In this document: positions 9,947 to 17,802 of the stretch, one piece after another
How the letters are laid out: the number at the start of each line of letters is the position of its first letter
Position numbering within the stretch: position 1 is the stretch's first letter
Assembly (NCBI RefSeq): GCF_023169545.1
Contig: NZ_AP019769.1
Span: forward strand, 570,001-602,000
Direction: 5' to 3'
Source of the DNA: Nanobdella aerobiophila
GTDB lineage: Archaea > Nanobdellota > Nanobdellia > Nanobdellales > Nanobdellaceae
DNA: 32,000 bases
The notes under the pieces: model-generated
Told to the model about the DNA's origin: nothing
What the model saw: only the letters and a program-made list of their open reading frames with translations
The model's database searches: none
Made by a program: the position numbers and the translations under genes

Positions 9947-11308
9947 ATGGATATACTTGAAAAAATATCTTCATATTTACCATCTATAGAAGGTCCAAAA
10001 AAGATGGTCTCTCTGAGACATAAGATATATAATACATTATTAGTGATAGTATTATATACTATTCTATCTTCTATACCATTATTTGGTATATCTCCAGAGA
10101 TTTCAGCAAGATTTGAACAGTTATTATGGGTATTTGGATCCTCTCTTGGTACATTGGCAAGTGTTGGCATAGCACCAATAGTACTATCAGGAATTTTTAT
10201 GCAATTATTGGTTGGACTAGGAATATTTAGCATAAATACATCTACAGATGATGGAAAAGAAAAATTTGATAACTATACAAGAGGATTAGCATTCCTTTTC
10301 ATAATATTAGAATCTATAGTATTAATATCCAGTGGAAACTTACAACCAAATTTTCTACTTGGCATAAATCCTATATTAATATATATTATAATGTTTATAG
10401 AGCTAATTCTTGGTGGTATTATAATACTACTATTGGATGATTTTTCATATAAATACGGGATAACATCCGGAATAAATATAATTATATTCGCAATTATAAG
10501 TATTGCCCTTTCATTAAGATTATTCAACCCTTTATCACCACCCACAAGCATACAGTCATTATTTTCCCAACCTACGGGGTATATACCACAAGCTATATTA
10601 TATTTTATAGAAGGAAATAGTATACTTGGTTTATCTTATTTATTAGCAACAATAGCCACCTTTGGAATATTAATATTTGCAGTATATTTACAATATTTAA
10701 AGGTAGAAGTACCATTATTATATTTTAATATAAATGGAGAAATAATTAGATATCCTATACAATTATTATATACATCTGTAATTCCAGCAATATTTATCTA
10801 TGCATTGATAGTGGAAGTACAATCTATATTACATTTTAATACAAACAATATTATAGTACAAATATTATCTCCACCAAATTTAATAATAAATATAGGACAG
10901 TTCGGATTAAATTGGATTACAAATCCTATAAATATAATACACATAATTATATATTTCTTAATATTTACAATAGGTGGAATGTTTATATCAAAATTCTGGA
11001 TACATGCAATAGGTTTAGATCCTAAAAACTTAGCAAATTATTTAACAAAGGATCCCAATTCTCCAATGTATACTAGAGATCCAAGGATAATAGAGAGTAC
11101 ACTAAGGAAATATATAGATCCAATAGGCTATTTATCTGGATTTTTAATGGGTTTATTAGCCTCTTTAGGAGATATATTAAGTTCTGCTGTATCTGGAGTT
11201 AGCATATTATTATTAATAGTAATCGCATCACAAATATATAATGATTTAAATAGGGCAAATGCTACATATTTATTGCCAATAATTGGCAAATATTTGAATA
11301 AAAAATGA
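9947..11308 (+). CDS. secY: Preprotein translocase subunit SecY
   Basis: SIPLFGISP, GSSLGTLASVGIAPIVLSGI, ten-TM pattern, C-terminal DRNEEYR-like region absent but SILLLIVIASQIYNDL present. Confidence 0.95.
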   Translation: MDILEKISSYLPSIEGPKKMVSLRHKIYNTLLVIVLYTILSSIPLFGISPEISARFEQLLWVFGSSLGTLASVGIAPIVLSGIFMQLLVGLGIFSINTSTDDGKEKFDNYTRGLAFLFIILESIVLISSGNLQPNFLLGINPILIYIIMFIELILGGIIILLLDDFSYKYGITSGINIIIFAIISIALSLRLFNPLSPPTSIQSLFSQPTGYIPQAILYFIEGNSILGLSYLLATIATFGILIFAVYLQYLKVEVPLLYFNINGEIIRYPIQLLYTSVIPAIFIYALIVEVQSILHFNTNNIIVQILSPPNLIINIGQFGLNWITNPINIIHIIIYFLIFTIGGMFISKFWIHAIGLDPKNLANYLTKDPNSPMYTRDPRIIESTLRKYIDPIGYLSGFLMGLLASLGDILSSAVSGVSILLLIVIASQIYNDLNRANATYLLPIIGKYLNKK

Positions 11309-11916
11309 TAGATTCATTATTCTTATATATATTAATACTAGTTATAATAATAAATATAGCAATAAAGTTCTTAGAGAAATATAATAATATAAAAGAGCAT
11401 ACTCAAAAGTTATCAGAAATGCAGAAAAAATATATGGAAACTATAAAATCTGGAAAGATAGATGAAATAAGCAAAATTAGTGATGAATTTACAAAAATAT
11501 ATTCTAAAGTTATGAAGCATACAATAATGGTCACAATAGTTGGAATAGCTGTATTAATAATAATAACTTATGTATTTTCTACAGGTTTTGTTCCAAAAAT
11601 TGTAAATAATAGTACTACTATATATATAAATAATCCAGTATTACATAATCAAGATTTTGCAATATACTATAATCACACATTTTTAGGATTTTATACTGCA
11701 AATAATAACATAATAACACTAAACAATAGTTATATAATCAATAAATTATCAATAAATCCAATTACATCTACCTTACCATTTAAAATACCTATACTAAATG
11801 TAAATTGGCTAAGTCCAATAATTACATATATTATTCTATATCTAATAACCCAATTGTTAATATTATTATATACAAGATTTATAAAAAAATCTCCAAAGAT
11901 AAATAAAAATGGCTAG
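11305..11916 (+). CDS. EMC3/TMCO1 (DUF106) family membrane insertase-like protein
   Basis: N-terminal TM, coiled coil, C-terminal TMs; immediately downstream of secY as in many archaea. Confidence 0.8.
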   Translation: MIDSLFLYILILVIIINIAIKFLEKYNNIKEHTQKLSEMQKKYMETIKSGKIDEISKISDEFTKIYSKVMKHTIMVTIVGIAVLIIITYVFSTGFVPKIVNNSTTIYINNPVLHNQDFAIYYNHTFLGFYTANNNIITLNNSYIINKLSINPITSTLPFKIPILNVNWLSPIITYIILYLITQLLILLYTRFIKKSPKINKNG

Positions 11917-12175
11917 AACATATTTATACAGAAAAACACCTTCAGGTAATATAAATGTAATTGATAAAATAAGAAAAGGAGATATACCAAAATGTGCAAT
12001 ATGCAAAAGAAAATTACAAGGAATAAAAGATTTACATTCAGTAAGATTAAGGAGAATTAATTTATCTCAGAAAAGGGTCAGTAGGATTTATGGAGGATAC
12101 CTGTGTCATAGATGTTTAAAGAATTTATTAAAAAATATTGCAAGGGAAAGGTTAAAAGAGTTATCTATAAATTAA
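11909..12175 (+). CDS. rpl34e: Ribosomal protein L34e
   Basis: RTYLYRKTPSG, CAICKRKLQGI, RIYGGYLCHRCLKN. Confidence 0.93.
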   Translation: MARTYLYRKTPSGNINVIDKIRKGDIPKCAICKRKLQGIKDLHSVRLRRINLSQKRVSRIYGGYLCHRCLKNLLKNIARERLKELSIN

Positions 12176-12181
12176 TGAAAA

Positions 12182-12538
12182 ATGGTATTACAAATTGGTA
12201 GAGTATGCATAAAATTGTCTGGAAGAGAAGCTGGAAATGTATGCGTAATAACAGATATAATAGACAATAAATTTTTACTCGTAGACGGGAATATAAAAAG
12301 AAGAAGGGTAAATATAAAGCACATAGAACCAACAGAAAAATTGATTCAAATAAAGAAGGGTGCAAACACTGAAGATGTTATAAAGGAAATGATAAAGAAC
12401 AAGATACCTGTATCTTATTGGAAATTAAAAAAAGAAAATTTATTAAACAATGAAATTGTAGAGCTATACAAGCAATATTTTGGTAATGATTGGGAGAAAG
12501 TTGCTAAATCCTTAGGTTCTCCAGGAAAGAAAAACTAA
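12182..12538 (+). CDS. rpl14e: Ribosomal protein L14e
   Basis: QIGRVCIKLSGREAGNVCVITDIIDNKFLLVDG...RRRVNIKHIEPT. Confidence 0.93.
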   Translation: MVLQIGRVCIKLSGREAGNVCVITDIIDNKFLLVDGNIKRRRVNIKHIEPTEKLIQIKKGANTEDVIKEMIKNKIPVSYWKLKKENLLNNEIVELYKQYFGNDWEKVAKSLGSPGKKN

Positions 12539-12599
12539 TTTTTTGAGGAGGAATTTCACCCTTTTATAATTTATAAATAATAATATTTTTAGTTTTTAT

Positions 12600-12767
12600 A
12601 TGGTTGCGAAACTATTAGAAAGCATAATAATAATAGGAAGTACTCTATTAGAATTATATTTATTGTGGGATCCAAACTTTTTTAATAATGAAGTTGTGAA
12701 ATTAGGGGCCGGAGGAGTTGTTGCTTTAGATATATTAGCTTTACTAGGTATATTAATAAATATATAA
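12600..12767 (+). CDS. Small 55-aa membrane protein
   Basis: Manual read below the ORF-track cutoff: MVAKLLESIIIIGSTLLELYLLWDPNFFNNEVVKLGAGGVVALDILALLGILINI; TATA-like TTTATAA about 30 nt upstream. Confidence 0.5.
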   Translation: MVAKLLESIIIIGSTLLELYLLWDPNFFNNEVVKLGAGGVVALDILALLGILINI

Positions 12768-12795
12768 TTTTTTGAATTTAGAATTTTATTTAAAA

Positions 12796-12808
12796 TTTTT
12801 TTATAATA
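12796..12808 (+). promoter_or_regulatory. Probable TATA box for tRNA-Ala
   Basis: TTTTTTATAATAT about 27-35 nt upstream of the tRNA-Ala 5' end. Confidence 0.5.
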
Positions 12809-12832
12809 TCTATTTTTTATTTATATATGAAA

Positions 12833-12904
12833 GGGCCCGTAGTCCAGTGGTAGGATTTTGGCCTCGCTAGCCAAAGATCCCGGGTTCGAATCCCGGCGGG
12901 TCCA
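12833..12904 (+). tRNA. tRNA-Ala (anticodon CGC)
   Basis: Acceptor GGGCCCG/CGGGTCC with the G3:U70 identity pair, anticodon arm TTGGC-CTCGCTA-GCCAA, T-arm CCGGG-TTCGAAT-CCCGG, discriminator A. Confidence 0.96.
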
Positions 12905-12941
12905 TACAAAAATTATATAATACTAATAAAGTAGAATATAG

Positions 12942-13106
12942 CTTGTATTTGAGGAGGAGAGGTTAAATAAAGAAGAATTGGAAAAATGCAATATGATATC
13001 TACTATACCTACAAATGATAAATATGGTGTACTGAATTTAGCGGTATCTGCAATATTATATATGTATGAATTAAATAAGGAAAAATTCTTATATCTACTA
13101 ACATAA
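12942..13106 (+). pseudogene. C-terminal remnant of a SPOUT (TrmH/TrmJ-like) RNA methyltransferase
   Basis: Open frame LVFEEERLNKEELEKCNMISTIPTNDKYGVLNLAVSAILYMYELNKEKFLYLLT* resembles the ...FGxExxGLsneEL..C......IPtn..y.SLNLa.Av.i.lYel region; N-terminal two-thirds absent. Confidence 0.6.
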
Positions 13107-13116
13107 ATATAATATT

Positions 13117-13482
13117 ATGTTCTTAGAAGAAAATGCTAAATACTTTGAAGAAAAAGCAAAAGAAGCTTACAAAGAAGGAAAATATAAATTTACACTATTT
13201 TTTACAGAACAAGCTTTACAATTATATTTAAAATATATTTTATATAAAAAATTTGAAGAGTATCCTAAAACACATAAATTAAAAGAATTATTTGAAATTT
13301 CAAAAAATATAAATAGTAAATTTATTGATTTCTATAATGAAAATTCTGATGTAATAGATCTAATAGAAGAAGCATATATTACTTCTAGATATTTAGATAA
13401 AGAATATAGTGAAAAAAGTGCAAAAAAGTCAATAGAATTAATTAATAAATTCAAAGAAGAATTCAAGGAATGGATAAAATAA
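13117..13482 (+). CDS. HEPN domain protein
   Basis: Helical, ENAKYFEEKAKEAYKEGKYKFTLFFTEQALQLYLKYIL...THKLKELFE; adjacent to an MNT-type nucleotidyltransferase. Confidence 0.8.
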   Translation: MFLEENAKYFEEKAKEAYKEGKYKFTLFFTEQALQLYLKYILYKKFEEYPKTHKLKELFEISKNINSKFIDFYNENSDVIDLIEEAYITSRYLDKEYSEKSAKKSIELINKFKEEFKEWIK

Positions 13483-13817
13483 CTGAATTTCATATATATT
13501 TAGTGGATCGATATAAAAAATTTAGAGATAAAAAATATTTAGAAAGATTAAAAGAAATTATAAATAATTATTTTAAAGATAAATTATATAAAATAATAAT
13601 ATTTGGAAGCTATATAAAAGGAAATATGCATCCTTTATCTGATATAGATATTGCAATAATATTAAAAGAAAATATAGATGAAGAAGAAAGAATGAAATTT
13701 TATAAACTAATAAATAAAGAATTTGGACTAAATCCATTTGAATTTCATATAATTAGTATAGATCAATGGGAAGAATGGTATAAAAAATTTATAGATGAGT
13801 ATAAAGAACTAAACTAA
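13470..13817 (+). CDS. MNT-type minimal nucleotidyltransferase
   Basis: GSYIKGNMHPLSDIDI matches GSX10DXD; overlaps the HEPN ORF by 13 nt. Confidence 0.87.
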   Translation: MDKITEFHIYLVDRYKKFRDKKYLERLKEIINNYFKDKLYKIIIFGSYIKGNMHPLSDIDIAIILKENIDEEERMKFYKLINKEFGLNPFEFHIISIDQWEEWYKKFIDEYKELN

Positions 13818-16800
13818 TAATAATACCAAAGAAATTATCCCGACTAATAAGGGATAGTATATATTTTCTGATGCAACAAGGGAAGAATTAGATGAAGGAT
13901 AATTAACTACCAGATTATATTGCGCATCTCCTAAACTATTTCCATTTAAATTAAAATTAAATAATAAATTAGAAGATCCTGGATATAATGGTAATACGGA
14001 AAATTGTAGTATATAGGACTGATTTGGTTGCAGTTCAGATATATTTATATTATTAATATTTTGTACAGGTAAATTATTATATAATAATTCCGGCATATCA
14101 CCCATCTGTTGTAAACTAATACTAATATTATTTAATGTTACATTACCTATATTAGTTATATTTAATATCATATAATACGCAGGACTATTTAAATAGAAGT
14201 TGAGTGTATTCCCTATAGGATACTCTTTCTGATTAATATTGATAGGTACTACATATGCTTGTAATTGTACTATTCCATAATATGTTTCTGTATATATACC
14301 CTGTTCATATTCTAATGTTTCTGAAGAACATTGACCATTATTAGAACAAACCTCTATATCAATATTTAATAAGTTTGGAGGCGTATATGGTATATTAACT
14401 AATACAGAATTTTGATTATAAAATGTATTTGAATATCCATTATTAGTTGAAATAGATATATTGTTTATACTATAATAAGAATATCCAGTAATGTTCATTT
14501 CTAGGCTATTATTAGTAGAATTTAATAAATATATGTATATTAATGGTTGAGAAATACCAGCTTGATTTGACAAACCAACTATATTTATTATTTTAGAATT
14601 ACAATTTGATAATCCTGCATTTGTACTAGCACATACTGTTAAATTTGTATAATTTGAATACGGTAGATTTACTGTATAAGAAAATGTATTTGAATTAACT
14701 GTTGTTGAATATACTTGTGTTCCATTATCATATATTACTACATTATTTATACCTGATGGATATTCTGATGCATATATATTTGCAATTATTGATGTATTAG
14801 ATATATTTAATAATGTAATTGAAATGTTGGGTAAATTATTATCTATATTTATTGTTAATGAATTTGAATTAAGACAATTTCCATTATAACATGTTTGTCC
14901 ATAAACAGTATAAGAAGCTGGAGAAGTTAGTATGCATGAAGAATTAAAATCAGTGAAAACAGGCAAAGAAGAAGAGCAATAAATATTATTACTTACAAAT
15001 AATGTATAATTTTGTCCGCATCCTTGAATATATACATTGATAGGATTTGTTGACCATCCTGAATTGTAGTTTGAACTTATAGAAATTTGTTGTTGAATAT
15101 TATAAGTAAATATTGAAGATGAAGAAGAGCTAGGAGTAGATGCCGTTATTACAATAGAATATGAACCTGGAGGAGCTGTTGGAGAAGGAGATATTATTAT
15201 TGGTACTGAACAAGAATTTCCTGTAGTAGTACATGAATTTCCATTTGGAAATGAGCAAGTTATATCATTATATGATGGATTTATTGCTGAAATAGAAATC
15301 GAAGGCATAACCCCATTTGGAGGATAGGCACGGACTCTAACCCAATAGAAAGGACCAATTGTTGCTTGTGAACCCTGAGAATTTATTCCGCCAATTGGAT
15401 ACGCAGAAGTTGGCAAGGTTGTGGTAATTTTTTCTGAATTAACATAATCATAGGCAAAAAGAACGTAACCTGATGTTGGGAAGTAAATTGTCCAGACATG
15501 ATAACCTGTAGCTGAAATTCCTCCGCTTATGCCAGTTGTGTATGCACCGCTAGCACCACTAAGACCAGTTTGTCCAACGGCATTAGTCGTGTCTCCTTGG
15601 TTATTATTAGTATTTATTGTCCATCCTGCATCTACGCCTGCATTTCCAGTTCCAGACTGCACAAATCCAAATGCAGCATTATCGGTGCTTGTTGCTGGAG
15701 GGAAATCCCCATAAAAATCTAATATACTATTGTTATTATAGCCAAATGTAGATGAAGTATAAGCATAACCACTATATGCAACCGATAGTCCATTATTCAC
15801 AGTATAACTACCACTTCCAGTCCACCCACTTGGCAAACTCGTTCCAGCAAAGTTCCAATAGTAATTAAATACATCTTGTCCATTATCATATAATCCATAG
15901 TTTGGACATGTACTCATATTTGTATATCCTTCCGAATAACAATACCAATATGCAGAAACACCTGTGTAAGGGTAATATTGAGAATAATAATTAGCTGAAG
16001 TAGATCCAATATACATATATATTGTATAATTACTATTTGCAGGAATACCATTTGGTAGATTTATCCACCAGACGTCACAGTTAACTCCATTTATGTTATC
16101 CTGACCTTCGTACCATGAATATATATTCGGAGAACTACCAGAAGTTGTAAAATAAACATTAGATCCATTAGAATTAATTTCATTAAATAATGTTGGATTA
16201 TCTACATAAGCAAAATTATTACCAGCATTCGGGTTTCCATTACAAACTGCAATATCTTGTTGAAATGGAGCTGGAGTTGCTACAGATTGAGAATTTGATA
16301 TTGTTATCATACCACCAGGAAGCAAACAATAGAAATTAACTGCTGTTTGCTGAGAATAAGGATTATTTAAATTTGATGTTGCTCCTACATTTACTGAAGT
16401 TCCAGGACAAGATGTATAAGAAGACTGCGATAATGAAACCGAAGTAACTGAAACTGCAGGTGCGATTGAAATCGAAGGCATAACCCCATTTGGTGGATAT
16501 GCACGGATTCTAACCCAATCATAATATATATGAGAACCAGGTCCTGCATCTGCATAATTATCCCAATAGATAGTCGTTGCACTACTTATTGGATTTGCAT
16601 TTACTGTTCCACTATATCCTCCTGATGTAGAATATAACTGTGGTGCAATATATGCATAATAAGATGAAGAACCTGCAATATATGTTAAACTTGCGTATCT
16701 CCAATTTGAATTTGCAGTTCCTTGTGCATTTTGATCGAAAGTCATCGAACCAGAACTTAGATAATCCTGATCGAAATAATCTCCACCAAATTGTGTGCCT

Positions 16801-17576
16801 ACATAGATTGCACTACTACCTGACCCTTCAGTAATATAGTTTCCAAGTCCAGTAGTACCAGTATTAGAACCTCCACCATCAGACTGAAATAGAGTCTCCG
16901 TAATATAACTTCCTGCGCCTAATGATTTTGCGTTATATGCTAGATAAGATATAGAACTAGATGACTGGCTATAATCTAAAACATCTATTACATTTCCATT
17001 TGGTCCTGTTGTAGTAGTAGTAGATAATGAGCCACCAGAACCTGACAAAGTAAAATCACCTGTAGGCGCATTTCCATTAAAGTATAGATCAAATACGTCA
17101 TTACCATTATCATATTCTGCATAAGTAGGACTTAATTGAGGAGCTTCACCTACATAAGGAGGATATTGAGAATAATAATTAGCTGAAGTAGATCCAATAT
17201 ACATATAAATAGTTACTTGACTATTTGCAGGAATTCCATTTGGTAAATTTACCCACCAGACATCACAAGATACTCCATTAATATTTTCTTGACCTTCATA
17301 CCATGAATATATATTTGGAGAACTACCAGAAGTTGTAAAATAAACATTAGATCCATTAGAATTAATTTCATTAAATAATGTTGAATTATCTACATATGCA
17401 AAATTATTACCTACACTAGGATTACCATTACAAATAGCAATATCTTGTTGGAAAGGTGTTGGAGTTGCTACAGATTGAGAATTTGTTATTGTTATACTAT
17501 AGGAACCTTGAGAGAAAATAATGTGTGATATAAATATCAAAAAAGAGATTAATAATAAAAATACTACTTTTTTCAT
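13809..17576 (-). CDS. Large secreted/surface protein: signal peptide, two DUF2341-like modules, Ig-like regions, C-terminal stalk and TM anchor
   Basis: MKKVVFLLLISFLIFISHIIFSQG signal peptide; duplicated QSVATPxPFQQDI...YDNGxDVF... modules; TM YYPLLVGIISLVLLLV at the C-terminus. Confidence 0.85.
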   Translation of the reverse strand: MKKVVFLLLISFLIFISHIIFSQGSYSITITNSQSVATPTPFQQDIAICNGNPSVGNNFAYVDNSTLFNEINSNGSNVYFTTSGSSPNIYSWYEGQENINGVSCDVWWVNLPNGIPANSQVTIYMYIGSTSANYYSQYPPYVGEAPQLSPTYAEYDNGNDVFDLYFNGNAPTGDFTLSGSGGSLSTTTTTGPNGNVIDVLDYSQSSSSISYLAYNAKSLGAGSYITETLFQSDGGGSNTGTTGLGNYITEGSGSSAIYVGTQFGGDYFDQDYLSSGSMTFDQNAQGTANSNWRYASLTYIAGSSSYYAYIAPQLYSTSGGYSGTVNANPISSATTIYWDNYADAGPGSHIYYDWVRIRAYPPNGVMPSISIAPAVSVTSVSLSQSSYTSCPGTSVNVGATSNLNNPYSQQTAVNFYCLLPGGMITISNSQSVATPAPFQQDIAVCNGNPNAGNNFAYVDNPTLFNEINSNGSNVYFTTSGSSPNIYSWYEGQDNINGVNCDVWWINLPNGIPANSNYTIYMYIGSTSANYYSQYYPYTGVSAYWYCYSEGYTNMSTCPNYGLYDNGQDVFNYYWNFAGTSLPSGWTGSGSYTVNNGLSVAYSGYAYTSSTFGYNNNSILDFYGDFPPATSTDNAAFGFVQSGTGNAGVDAGWTINTNNNQGDTTNAVGQTGLSGASGAYTTGISGGISATGYHVWTIYFPTSGYVLFAYDYVNSEKITTTLPTSAYPIGGINSQGSQATIGPFYWVRVRAYPPNGVMPSISISAINPSYNDITCSFPNGNSCTTTGNSCSVPIIISPSPTAPPGSYSIVITASTPSSSSSSIFTYNIQQQISISSNYNSGWSTNPINVYIQGCGQNYTLFVSNNIYCSSSLPVFTDFNSSCILTSPASYTVYGQTCYNGNCLNSNSLTINIDNNLPNISITLLNISNTSIIANIYASEYPSGINNVVIYDNGTQVYSTTVNSNTFSYTVNLPYSNYTNLTVCASTNAGLSNCNSKIINIVGLSNQAGISQPLIYIYLLNSTNNSLEMNITGYSYYSINNISISTNNGYSNTFYNQNSVLVNIPYTPPNLLNIDIEVCSNNGQCSSETLEYEQGIYTETYYGIVQLQAYVVPININQKEYPIGNTLNFYLNSPAYYMILNITNIGNVTLNNISISLQQMGDMPELLYNNLPVQNINNINISELQPNQSYILQFSVLPLYPGSSNLLFNFNLNGNSLGDAQYNLVVNYPSSNSSLVASENIYYPLLVGIISLVLLLV
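15289..16307 (-). repeat. DUF2341-like module copy B
   Basis: SVATPAPFQQDIAVCNGNP... through VRVRAYPPNGVMPSISIS. Confidence 0.8.
16461..17500 (-). repeat. DUF2341-like module copy A
   Basis: SVATPTPFQQDIAICNGNP... through VRIRAYPPNGVMPSISIAP; near-identical edges to copy B. Confidence 0.8.
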
Positions 17577-17592
17577 AAATTTATAAATTTAT

Positions 17593-17763
17593 CTAAAAAT
17601 TTATAAATCCTTCTTTCATTAAATTTTTTGCTTCTTTTCTAACTTTTCTAAAACATTGTATATGAAACATTATCTTATCTCCATTAGCATTTAAAGTCTT
17701 ATATTTATCATTATCAAATATAGAATTATTACAATATTTACATTTTCCAATTTCTTTTCTCAT
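17593..17763 (-). CDS. Small 56-aa CxxC...HxxC zinc-finger-like protein
   Basis: Manual read below the ORF cutoff: MRKEIGKCKYCNNSIFDNDKYKTLNANGDKIMFHIQCFRKVRKEAKNLMKEGFINF. Confidence 0.6.
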   Translation of the reverse strand: MRKEIGKCKYCNNSIFDNDKYKTLNANGDKIMFHIQCFRKVRKEAKNLMKEGFINF

Positions 17764-17802
17764 TTAAAATAAATTTAAATTATTCTTATAAATTATATTA
17801 AA

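Noticed and set aside
6265-10551. Minus-strand ORFs at 6265..6567, 9241..9465, 9931..10233 and 10273..10551
   Set aside because: Antisense to intact longer genes (562-aa protein, TIM barrel, secY); no independent support.
12165-12365. Minus-strand 66-aa ORF
   Set aside because: Antisense to ribosomal protein L14e.
15529-16834. Plus-strand ORFs at 15529..15714, 16391..16582 and 16640..16834
   Set aside because: Antisense to the large surface protein; they arise from its repetitive, higher-GC Ser/Thr/Gly codons.
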